Part shown: piece by piece, positions 36,897 to 45,654 of the stretch
How positions within the stretch are numbered: the stretch's first letter is position 1
Layout of the letters: each line of letters begins with the position of its first letter
DNA from: Patescibacteria group bacterium
Lineage (GTDB): Bacteria; Patescibacteriota; Patescibacteriia; Magasanikbacterales; GWA2-37-8
Direction of reading: 5' to 3'
DNA length: 55,574 bases
Assembly (NCBI GenBank): GCA_004321885.1
Contig: SCQK01000001.1
Coordinates: forward strand, 1-55,574
Translations under genes and position numbers: made by a program
Notes under the pieces: generated by a model
What the model was told of the DNA's origin: nothing
Seen by the model: the letters and a program-made list of their open reading frames with translations, nothing else
Databases searched by the model: none

Positions 36897-38060
36897 ATGT
36901 CAAACATCTCTTATTCCGATTCCGGCGTCAATTACCAGGCGCTTGATCCGGTGAAAAAATTGGCGCAAATCGCGGCCCGGTCCACGGCTCGTCATTTGTC
37001 GTCGTCCGGTTTCACCGAATCAGAAGACACGCGCGGCGAGTCGGCTTATGTTTGGCAGCAAGGCGACCTCCTGATGGCCTCGGTCATTGAAGGCCTGGGC
37101 ACCAAAAATTTGGTGGCTGACGCCATGCGTAAAATTACCGGCAAGACCTATTACGATATTGTCAGCCACGATACTGTGGCTACGATTATAAACGATCTTG
37201 TTTCGGTGGGCGCCAAGCCGCTTGCTCTCTTCGCTTACTGGGCCGTGGGCAAAAGCGAATGGCTGGCCGACGCGGAAAGGACAAAGGATTTGGCGGACGG
37301 CTGGAAGTCGGCTTGTGATTTAGCCCAAGTTTCCTGGGGAGGCGGCGAAACCCCCGCCTACGCCGGCATCATTAATCCGGAGACCATTGATTTGGCAGGT
37401 TCGGCCGTGGGTATTATTAAAGATAAAAATAATTTGCTCACGGACAAAAAAATACAGGCCGGAGACAGGATAATTTTTTTGAAAAGCAACGGCATAAACG
37501 CCAACGGTTTGTCGCTGGCGCGCGCGATTGCAAATACCCCCTCCTCGCCTCCCCCTTATAAAGGGGGAGGAAATCGTCTCCCTCCCCTTTATAAGGGGAG
37601 GGTTGGGGAGGGGTATGGTGCCAAGCTGCCAAGTGGCGTAATGTACGGAGAAGCATTACTCACAAAAACAAACATCTACGCGAAATTGGTACAGGACTTG
37701 CAGGCGGCAGAAGTAGATATACATTATATTACAAATATCACCGGACATGGATTGCGTAAAGTTATGCGCGGTAGGCCGAATTTTACATACGTAATAGAGA
37801 AAATTTTTGAACCGCTGGAATTATTTATTTTTATGCAAGGTCAGGCCGGGCTTTCGGATTTTGAAATGTATCAGACGTTTAACATGGGGCAGGATTACGC
37901 GATTTACTTATCAGCCGCCGACGTGGCCCGCGCTTTGGAAGTGATAAAACAAAATAATTTTACAGGCATTGAGGCGGGTTTTGTGGAAGCGGGCGAAAAG
38001 CGCGTGATAATCAAACCGAAGAATTTAGAGTATAAAGGAGAGACGTTGGATTTGAGATAA
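36897..38060 (+). CDS. purM: phosphoribosylformylglycinamidine cyclo-ligase (AIR synthetase)
   Basis: SYSDSGVNYQALDP and PurM N- and C-terminal domain patterns. Contains a tandem in-frame family D insertion (SPPPYKGGGNRLPPLYKGRVGEG). Confidence 0.85.
   Translation: MSNISYSDSGVNYQALDPVKKLAQIAARSTARHLSSSGFTESEDTRGESAYVWQQGDLLMASVIEGLGTKNLVADAMRKITGKTYYDIVSHDTVATIINDLVSVGAKPLALFAYWAVGKSEWLADAERTKDLADGWKSACDLAQVSWGGGETPAYAGIINPETIDLAGSAVGIIKDKNNLLTDKKIQAGDRIIFLKSNGINANGLSLARAIANTPSSPPPYKGGGNRLPPLYKGRVGEGYGAKLPSGVMYGEALLTKTNIYAKLVQDLQAAEVDIHYITNITGHGLRKVMRGRPNFTYVIEKIFEPLELFIFMQGQAGLSDFEMYQTFNMGQDYAIYLSAADVARALEVIKQNNFTGIEAGFVEAGEKRVIIKPKNLEYKGETLDLR
37537..37614. repeat. tandem family D repeats, in-frame in purM
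   Basis: cccctcctcgcctcccccttataaagggggagg...cctcccctttataaggggagggttggggaggggt. Confidence 0.8.
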
Positions 38061-38065
38061 ACATT

Positions 38066-39412
38066 ATGAAAGTCGCCATCATACAATTCCCCGGCAGTAA
38101 CTGTGAATCGGAATCCATTTACGCGGTGCGGCGCGCCGGCATGGAGCCGGTGGAATTTTTGTGGAATCAAGAGCACGACGAGCTGAAAAATTTTGACGGC
38201 TATTTCATCGTGGGCGGATTTTCCTACGAAGACCGCTCGCGCTCGGGCATCATCGCCTCGCTTGATCCCCTGCTTACCGCCTTGAAAGCGGAAAACGAAA
38301 AAGGCAAACCGATTCTGGGCGTTTGCAATGGGGCGCAGATTTTGGTGGAGTCGGGCATTGTGCCGGGCCTAGCCGACTATGCCGTGGGCCACCACACCAA
38401 AGATTTTGGTGTGGTGGCAGGTATGGCGCTCGCTGTAAACAAACGAGTGAAAGACGGACGCGTGCTGGGCACCGGATTTTATAATTCCTGGTCCAACGTC
38501 CAACTGTCGGCCCCGAGCGAACGCTCGGCTTTCACGCGCCACATGAAGCCGGGCGAATTTATAAATATTCCCGTGGCGCACGGCGAAGGCCGCTTTACCA
38601 TGCCGGACGAACTCTTGGCCGAATTGATTGTCAAAAACCAAACAGTGTTTCGCTACTGCGATGACAGGGGAGAAATCAGTTCGGAATTTCCGGTAAATCC
38701 GAACGGCTCCATGCATAATTTAGCGGCTGTCTGCAACGCGGCCGGCAACGCCATGGCCATGATGCCCCACCCCGAACGCACGCCGAACGGCCAAGCCATT
38801 TTTACTTCCATGCGCGAGTATGTTGAAAAAGAAAAAACCATAACGATGAAAAACGTTACGGATAATTTCCGGCCAACCGTGATGGAAATATCCGAGTATA
38901 AGCCGGAACCAAATTCTACAGAATTAGTCATCGGTTTAATCATTACAGACAATGAAGCCGGCACGGTAAAAAATACTTTGCGTCGGTTGAATATTGACGC
39001 GGAAATTACGAAATACATTCACTGGGAAATTTCGGCTGACGACCCGGCGACGATTGTCGCTTCGCCGGCTTGCCGCGACGAGCTATTTAACTCCAACAAA
39101 GAAAAGATAGTGCAACTGGGCTCCACAGCCCCGGTCGCCTGCGGCGACCGTGGGACTATGGAGTCAACCAATGCGCTTCAGAATGACAATACGGCTTATC
39201 TGCTCGTGCGCTATCGCGAAGATTTCGTGGGGCAAAGCAAACAGTATGTTTTGGAAAATCGGCTGGGCGTTTCCGGGGTTAAAAAGATAACCAAAGGCAC
39301 GCTCTGGAAAATTTCCGCGCCCAGTGATAGGATTGAGGAAATCGTAAGCAAGGTTATTTCCAGCAGGATTTTATTCAATCAATTTTCACAGGGGTGTTTT
39401 AAATATATATAG
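38066..39412 (+). CDS. purQ: FGAM synthase glutaminase subunit PurQ with a ~210-aa C-terminal extension, possibly tandem PurS-like domains
   Basis: Class I glutamine amidotransferase triad: GVCNGAQIL Cys and the His in PHPER. The extension resembles two ~85-aa PurS-like modules. Confidence 0.8.
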   Translation: MKVAIIQFPGSNCESESIYAVRRAGMEPVEFLWNQEHDELKNFDGYFIVGGFSYEDRSRSGIIASLDPLLTALKAENEKGKPILGVCNGAQILVESGIVPGLADYAVGHHTKDFGVVAGMALAVNKRVKDGRVLGTGFYNSWSNVQLSAPSERSAFTRHMKPGEFINIPVAHGEGRFTMPDELLAELIVKNQTVFRYCDDRGEISSEFPVNPNGSMHNLAAVCNAAGNAMAMMPHPERTPNGQAIFTSMREYVEKEKTITMKNVTDNFRPTVMEISEYKPEPNSTELVIGLIITDNEAGTVKNTLRRLNIDAEITKYIHWEISADDPATIVASPACRDELFNSNKEKIVQLGSTAPVACGDRGTMESTNALQNDNTAYLLVRYREDFVGQSKQYVLENRLGVSGVKKITKGTLWKISAPSDRIEEIVSKVISSRILFNQFSQGCFKYI

Positions 39413-39413
39413 T

Positions 39414-40805
39414 ATGGATTACACTTCCATCATCAGACAAAATCTGAATAATTGTCTGACGCAGACGAATTTAAATATCGGCAAGAAAAAAATTGGCAAG
39501 GTGCGCGATACCTATGAACTCGCCGATAAAATGATTCTAGTCACTACTGACCGACAGAGCGCTTTTGACCGCATTTTGGCTTCCATCCCGTTTAAGGGGC
39601 AAGTGCTCAATCAAACCAGCGCCTGGTGGTTTGAAAAAACCAAACACATTATCCCCAATCATGTTTTGTCTATCCCCGACCCCAACGTGACCATGGCCAA
39701 AAAATGCCAAGTTTTTCCGATTGAGTTTGTGGTGCGCGGGTATATCACCGGCACCACCGACACTTCGGCTTGGGTAAATTATCAAAAAGGGGTGCGTAAT
39801 TTTTGCGGCAACGCTTTACCCGAGGGTCTGAAAAAAAATCAGCAGCTGGCCAAGGCGATTGTCACGCCCACCACCAAGTCCGACGCCCACGACCGTCTGA
39901 TCAGTCCCGAAGAGATTATCGCCGAAGGACTGATGTCGCGTGAAGATTGGAACTTCGCTTCAACCAAGGCCCTGGAACTTTTTGAATTCGGCCAACAAGT
40001 GGCTCGCGAGCACGGCTTGATTTTGGTTGACACCAAATACGAGATGGGTAAAGACGAAAACGGCAATATTATTTTGTTAGACGAGATCCACACGCCCGAT
40101 TCCAGTCGCTATTGGATCGCCGAAACATACGAAGACCGTTTCGCCGCCGGACAAGAACCGGAAAACATAGATAAAGAATTTTTGCGCTTGTGGTTTAAAG
40201 AACACTGCGACCCGTATGGCGACAAAGAACTGCCGCCGGCGCCCGAGGAATTGGTGGTGGAATTATCCCGCCGCTATATCATGCTTTACGAAATGATTAC
40301 TGGCGAAAAATTTGTTTTCCCGGAGGACGCCGACATCAACGAGAGAATGAAAAATAATTTGGCTGTCATCGCGAACTCTCCTCTGAGAATAAACTCCGCA
40401 AAGCAACCCCCCGCAAAAAGGGCGGTGATAATAATGGGTTCGGAAGCGGACGCGGAGTTCACGAAAAAGATTACGATAAAATTGGACGAACTGGGGGTCA
40501 GCCACGAAGAGCATGTCGCGTCGGCGCACAAACAGCCGGCAAAGGTTTTGGAAATTTTAGAGAAAAATAAAAATGAGAAAGTGGTGTACGTGACCATCGC
40601 CGGCCGTTCCAACGCGCTCTCGGGTTTTGTGGCCGCCAATTCCGACGCGCCCACCCTGGCCTGTCCACCCTTTGTCGACAAGCTGGATATGCTCGTGAAC
40701 ATTCACTCTACTTTGCAGATGCCGAGTAACGCGCCAGTTTTAACCGTGCTTGATCCAGGCAACTGCGCCTTGGCCGTTAAAAGAATTTTTGATATATGTC
40801 GCTAA
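39414..40805 (+). CDS. purC: fusion protein: SAICAR synthetase (PurC) plus C-terminal PurE (AIR carboxylase / N5-CAIR mutase) domain
   Basis: PurC N-terminal motif GKVRDTY...VTTDRQSAFD. PurE C-terminal motif AVIIMGSEADAE...VASAHKQP...VTIAGRSNALSGFVAANSDAPTLACPP. Confidence 0.85.
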   Translation: MDYTSIIRQNLNNCLTQTNLNIGKKKIGKVRDTYELADKMILVTTDRQSAFDRILASIPFKGQVLNQTSAWWFEKTKHIIPNHVLSIPDPNVTMAKKCQVFPIEFVVRGYITGTTDTSAWVNYQKGVRNFCGNALPEGLKKNQQLAKAIVTPTTKSDAHDRLISPEEIIAEGLMSREDWNFASTKALELFEFGQQVAREHGLILVDTKYEMGKDENGNIILLDEIHTPDSSRYWIAETYEDRFAAGQEPENIDKEFLRLWFKEHCDPYGDKELPPAPEELVVELSRRYIMLYEMITGEKFVFPEDADINERMKNNLAVIANSPLRINSAKQPPAKRAVIIMGSEADAEFTKKITIKLDELGVSHEEHVASAHKQPAKVLEILEKNKNEKVVYVTIAGRSNALSGFVAANSDAPTLACPPFVDKLDMLVNIHSTLQMPSNAPVLTVLDPGNCALAVKRIFDICR

Positions 40806-42130
40806 CTTCCGTTTCTCCCTTAGACGGACGCTACGAAAGCCAGACAAAAGAACTCTCCCCCTATTTTTCCGAAATGGCGCTGATGAAATATCGCGTCATG
40901 GTTGAAGTTGAGTATTTAATCGCGTTGGGGGCGGAGAAAGAAATTAAGGAAGTCATTCGCTTTTCGGAAAAAGAGCAAAAAAATTTACGCTCGCTTTATA
41001 AGCGCTTTTCTTTGGCCCACGCCGAGCGGGTGAAAGAAATTGAAAATACCACCAGTCATGATGTGAAAGCGGTTGAGTATTTTATTAAGGAGAAATTTCC
41101 CAGTGAATTTATACATTTCGCGCTGACTTCCGAGGACATCAATAATCTTGCCTATTCTTTAATGCTTAAAGACGGATTGGAAAAAGTGATTTATCGCGCC
41201 GTGGAGCAGATTTTGAAAGCGCTTAAAAACTTGGCCAAAGCCAACGCCCGCGTTCCCCTGCTGGCCTTCACCCATGGCCAGCCCGCCACCCCCACCACGC
41301 TCGGCAAGGAAATGGCGGTTTTTTACAAACGGCTTTTACGCGGCCTGAATCACCTCAAATTTATCAAACTGGACGGAAAATTAAACGGGGCCACCGGCAA
41401 TTACGCGGCCGCGGCCTTGGCCTACCCGCAAGTTGACTGGATAAAATTTTCCCAAAAATTCGTGAGCTCGCTGGGCCTGAACCCTAATTTGCTCACCACG
41501 CAGATAGAACCGCACGATTGTTCGGCCGCGGTTTACGACGCCATCGCGCGCCTGAACAATATTATAAAGGACTTGGACCAGGATATATGGCTCTACGTCA
41601 GCCGCGGCATTTTCAAATTGCGAAAAAAAGCCGGCGAGGTCGGCTCTTCCACCATGCCGCACAAAGTGAACCCGATTAATTTTGAAAACAGCGAAGGCAA
41701 TCTGGGTGTGGCTAACGCCATTTTGCGTTTCATGTCCGACAAGCTGGTGGTAAGCCGTCTGCAACGCGACCTCACCGACAGCACGGTGATTCGCAATCAA
41801 GGCGCGGCGCTGGGCTACAGTCTGCTCGCCTATAAAAATACGCTCAAAGGTTTGGAAAAATTGGAAGTGAACAAAAAACAATGCGAGAAAGAGCTGGATG
41901 AGCATTGGGAAGTACTGGCCGAGGCGGTGCAGACGGTTTTGCGCAAGGTGGGATACGAGAAGCCCTATGAAAAATTGAAAGAATTGACCCGTGGAGAAAA
42001 AGTGGATAAAAAAATAATGCGGGCTTTTATAGCGGGACTGGAAATTTCCAATGAAGAAAAAAATAAATTGATGAAATTGACACCCGCAAAGTATGTAGGG
42101 TTGTCGGAGAAATTAGTAAAGTTAATTTAG
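40796..42130 (+). CDS. purB: adenylosuccinate lyase
   Basis: SPLDGRYES... and the fumarate lyase signature GSSTMPHKVNP. Confidence 0.95.
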   Translation: MSLTSVSPLDGRYESQTKELSPYFSEMALMKYRVMVEVEYLIALGAEKEIKEVIRFSEKEQKNLRSLYKRFSLAHAERVKEIENTTSHDVKAVEYFIKEKFPSEFIHFALTSEDINNLAYSLMLKDGLEKVIYRAVEQILKALKNLAKANARVPLLAFTHGQPATPTTLGKEMAVFYKRLLRGLNHLKFIKLDGKLNGATGNYAAAALAYPQVDWIKFSQKFVSSLGLNPNLLTTQIEPHDCSAAVYDAIARLNNIIKDLDQDIWLYVSRGIFKLRKKAGEVGSSTMPHKVNPINFENSEGNLGVANAILRFMSDKLVVSRLQRDLTDSTVIRNQGAALGYSLLAYKNTLKGLEKLEVNKKQCEKELDEHWEVLAEAVQTVLRKVGYEKPYEKLKELTRGEKVDKKIMRAFIAGLEISNEEKNKLMKLTPAKYVGLSEKLVKLI

Positions 42131-42132
42131 TT

Positions 42133-42214
42133 GTCATTGCGAGGAGGCCTGCAGGCCGACGCGGCAATCCCTTACAAGTTTGGGATTGCTTCGGCCTAAA
42201 GGCCTCGCAATGAC
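42133..42214. repeat. family C composite palindromic element filling the purB-purF intergenic region
   Basis: gtcattgcgag-gaggcctgcaggcc...gcaatccc / gggattgcttcggcctaaaggcc-tcgcaatgac. Confidence 0.8.
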
Positions 42215-42222
42215 AAAATTCT

Positions 42223-45072
42223 ATGTGCGGAGTTGTAGGAATTTATTCCAAAAAACCAGTGGCGCAGGAATTGTATGATTCTTTAATCCACTTACAGCAT
42301 CGCGGGCAAGACGCGGCCGGCATTTTGACGTACCAAGAAAAATTTCATTTCAAAAGGGGGCTGGGACTGGCGCGCGATATTTTCCACACGCACGACATGG
42401 AGCGGCTCACCGGCAATATCGGCATCGCGCACACGCGCTACCCCACCACCGGCCGCATTGAAATTGAAGATGCCCAGCCGTTTTGGACCGGCGTGCCTTT
42501 TGGCATGGCCTTGGCGCATAACGGCAATCTGGTAAATTACAACGAGGTCAAGCGTAAGGTTTTTGAAGAACGTCATCGCTATGTCAACTCCACCAGCGAC
42601 GGCGAAGTAATTTTGCACGTGTTGGCCGATGAGTTGGTAAAAGGCATGGCAGAAAATCACGTTGATACTTTTTTTGACCTGCTGTGCGACGCCGTGGCCC
42701 GTCTTTTCAAAGCGACCAGCGGAGCATATTCAGTGGTCAGCATTATCGTGGGCAAGGGCATGCTGGCGTTTCGCGATCCGCATGGCATCCGTCCGCTCAC
42801 GCGTGGCGCGCGCGTCAATCCCGATGGCAGCAAGGACTATATTTTTGCTTCCGAAAACATCATGTTTTATCCGCTTGGCTTTAAGCAAGAAGAGGATGCA
42901 AAACCCGGCGAGGTGATATTTATAGACAACGACGGCAATTTACACAGCAGAGTGGTTGGACGCGAAGCCGCTTTGGGCCAGCGCGAACCCGAATTTTCTC
43001 CTTGCATTTTTGAATACATTTATTTCGCGCGCCCAGACTCTATGATGAATAACGTGAGCGTGTACCGCTCGCGTCTGCGCATGGGACAAAATTTGGCCAA
43101 GGCGTGGAAGACAAAATTTCCCAACGTAATGCCCGACGTCGTCATACCCGTGCCTTTCACTTCCAACACCGCGGCATTGGCCATGGCGCACGAACTCGGC
43201 GTGCGCTACAGCGAAGGACTTTATAAAAACGCCTTCATCGGCCGCACTTTTATCATGCCCAATCAGGAATTGAGGCGAAAGTCAGTGCGCTACAAGCTTA
43301 ATCCGCAGGAAACGGAAATTCGGGACAAAAATGTGATGCTTTTGGACGACAGCATCGTGCGCGGCACGACCAGCCGTGAAATCGTGCAAATGATGCGTGA
43401 GTTTGGAGCCAAGGAAGTATATTTTGTCACCACTTGCCCGCCGGTCAAATTTCCGTGCTTTTACGGAGTGGACATGCCTACGAAATCAGAACTTGTCGCG
43501 TCGGCCCGGACCGAAGAAGAAGTGAGATTATATATCGGCGCTGATATTTTGCTTTATCAAAACATTCCCGACTTGGTGGAAGCAGTCACGCGCGTTCAAA
43601 GCATAGAGCACCCATGTATGGCTTGCCTGAACGGGCACTACGTGACCGGCGACGTGGATGAAAAAAAATTTAAAGAAATAGAAGCGAGTAGAAATAAAGA
43701 TAAGGGGATTAAAAAATCTATGGATATACTTATTATCGGTTCAGGAGCACGCGAGCATGCGATTGCGCGCGCGGTGGTTCGCTCACCGCAAAAACCGCGG
43801 CTGTTTTGTTTTGCTTCAAGCAACAACCCGGGCATACGCGAACTATCGGTCGGTTACGCGGTGGGAAAAATTACCGACCCAACGGCGGTGATAAATTTCG
43901 CCAAAGAGAACGCGATTGATATCGCTATCGTGGGCCCCGAAGCCCCGCTGGCCTCTGGCGTGGCTGACGCCTTGTGGGCGGCAGGCGTGGCTTGTGTTGG
44001 ACCAAAGCAAAAATTGGCGCGGCTGGAAACGAGTAAGGGTTTTACGCGCGATTTACAGGCCGAATTTAAGATTCCGGGCAGTCCGAAATACAAAAAATTC
44101 AGTTCTTTGGAAGGGGCTAAAGAATTTTTATCCGAGCTCGGCGATTTGTACGTGGTAAAAGCGGACGGCCTGATGGGAGGCAAAGGAGTGAAAGTGGCCG
44201 GGGATCATTTGCATACTTATGAAGAAGCGCTGGCCTATTGTCAGGAATTATTGGATAGTTGTCATTCCCGCGAAAGCGGGAATCCAGGTGCGGCCTTTGT
44301 CATCGAAGAAAAGTTAATCGGCCAGGAATTTTCACTGATGAGTTTTTGCGACGGCGAGCATTTGGCTCACACGCCCGCGGTTCAAGATCACAAGCGGGCT
44401 TTTGACGGCGACCAGGGGCCAAACACGGGAGGCATGGGAAGTTATAGCGACGCGGATCATAAATTGCCTTTTTTGACTGATGAAGATATCTGGCAGGCGC
44501 GCGAGATAAATAAAAAAACCGCGGTGGCTTTGAAGGCGAAATTCGGGGAGGGATATGTTGGTGTTTTGTATGGAGGATTTATGGCTACGGCGGACGGAGT
44601 AAAATTGATAGAGTATAATGCCCGTTTGGCCGACCCGGAGGCGATGAACATATTGGCCGTGCTGGAATCGGATTTCGCGGCGCTGTGTCAGGCGATTGTG
44701 GGCGGAAATTTAAGACAAGAGCACGCGCTTTTCGCGAACAAGGCGACGGTTTGTAAATACGCCGTGCCCGAGGGCTACCCGGACAGTCCGGTAAAAAATC
44801 AAAAAATAGACACGAGCGGCGTAGCCGACAAAAATCAATTGTATTTGGCTTCGGTTGACGCGCGAGATGATGGGTTGTACGAACTGGGCTCGCGCGCCAT
44901 CGCGGTGGTGGGCGTGGCCGATACAATTGCCGAGGCGGAAAAAATTGCGGAAGCGGAAGTCAACAATATCAAAGGCCCGCTGTTTCACCGTCAAGACATT
45001 GGAACTCCGGAATTAATTAATAAGAGAATCCAACACATGTCATTCCTGCGAAAGCAGGAATCCAGGATATGA
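42223..45072 (+). CDS. purF: fusion protein: amidophosphoribosyltransferase (PurF) plus phosphoribosylamine-glycine ligase (PurD)
   Basis: N-terminal MCGVVGI nucleophile and PRTase domain to ~aa 480. A continuous frame then runs into the PurD ATP-grasp domain (MDILIIGSGAREHAIA...). Two in-frame family A repeats. Confidence 0.85.
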   Translation: MCGVVGIYSKKPVAQELYDSLIHLQHRGQDAAGILTYQEKFHFKRGLGLARDIFHTHDMERLTGNIGIAHTRYPTTGRIEIEDAQPFWTGVPFGMALAHNGNLVNYNEVKRKVFEERHRYVNSTSDGEVILHVLADELVKGMAENHVDTFFDLLCDAVARLFKATSGAYSVVSIIVGKGMLAFRDPHGIRPLTRGARVNPDGSKDYIFASENIMFYPLGFKQEEDAKPGEVIFIDNDGNLHSRVVGREAALGQREPEFSPCIFEYIYFARPDSMMNNVSVYRSRLRMGQNLAKAWKTKFPNVMPDVVIPVPFTSNTAALAMAHELGVRYSEGLYKNAFIGRTFIMPNQELRRKSVRYKLNPQETEIRDKNVMLLDDSIVRGTTSREIVQMMREFGAKEVYFVTTCPPVKFPCFYGVDMPTKSELVASARTEEEVRLYIGADILLYQNIPDLVEAVTRVQSIEHPCMACLNGHYVTGDVDEKKFKEIEASRNKDKGIKKSMDILIIGSGAREHAIARAVVRSPQKPRLFCFASSNNPGIRELSVGYAVGKITDPTAVINFAKENAIDIAIVGPEAPLASGVADALWAAGVACVGPKQKLARLETSKGFTRDLQAEFKIPGSPKYKKFSSLEGAKEFLSELGDLYVVKADGLMGGKGVKVAGDHLHTYEEALAYCQELLDSCHSRESGNPGAAFVIEEKLIGQEFSLMSFCDGEHLAHTPAVQDHKRAFDGDQGPNTGGMGSYSDADHKLPFLTDEDIWQAREINKKTAVALKAKFGEGYVGVLYGGFMATADGVKLIEYNARLADPEAMNILAVLESDFAALCQAIVGGNLRQEHALFANKATVCKYAVPEGYPDSPVKNQKIDTSGVADKNQLYLASVDARDDGLYELGSRAIAVVGVADTIAEAEKIAEAEVNNIKGPLFHRQDIGTPELINKRIQHMSFLRKQESRI
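44261..44288. repeat. family A repeat, in-frame in the purD portion
   Basis: gtcattcccgcgaaagcgggaatccagg, translating to SCHSRESGNPGA. Confidence 0.8.
45039..45066. repeat. family A variant (cctgcg/cagg) at the purFD 3' end / purN start
   Basis: gtcattcctgcgaaagcaggaatccagg. Confidence 0.75.
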
Positions 45073-45653
45073 TAAAACTCGCCGTCCTCGGCTCTACCCG
45101 CGGCACAGACATGCAGGCGATAGTTGACGCGATTGAGCGAAAGGAGCTGAACGCAAAAATTGAAGTAGTGGTAAGCAATAAGCTGGACGCGTATATCTTG
45201 GAACGCGCGCGCAGGCACGGTTTGGAGGCGGTTTTTGCGGACATGAGAAGAGAAAGTGGAGAAAAAAAAACGCGCGAAGAATTTGACGCCGAGGTTTTAA
45301 AAATTTTAGAGGCAAAGCAAGTTGATTTAGTTTTGCTTATTGGCTATATGCGTATTTTATCGCCTACCTTTGTGCGAAAATACAAGGGCCGAATTTTGAA
45401 CGTGCACCCTTCCTTGCTTCCGGATTTCGCCGGCGGCATGGACATGGATGTGCACGCCGAGGTAATAAAAGCGGGCGTGAAAGAAACCGGTTGCACGATT
45501 CACCTGGTGGACGAGGGCGTGGATACAGGAGAGATTATTTTGCAAAAACGCTGCGCCGTGGAGCCAACCGACACAGCCGACACGCTCAAAGCTAAAGTGC
45601 AAAAACTTGAAGGTGAAGCGTTTGTGGAGGTATTAAGAAATTGGAAATTTTAA
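45069..45653 (+). CDS. purN: phosphoribosylglycinamide formyltransferase
   Basis: ILNVHPSLLP and the rest of the formyltransferase core. Confidence 0.9.
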   Translation: MIKLAVLGSTRGTDMQAIVDAIERKELNAKIEVVVSNKLDAYILERARRHGLEAVFADMRRESGEKKTREEFDAEVLKILEAKQVDLVLLIGYMRILSPTFVRKYKGRILNVHPSLLPDFAGGMDMDVHAEVIKAGVKETGCTIHLVDEGVDTGEIILQKRCAVEPTDTADTLKAKVQKLEGEAFVEVLRNWKF

Positions 45654-45654
45654 T

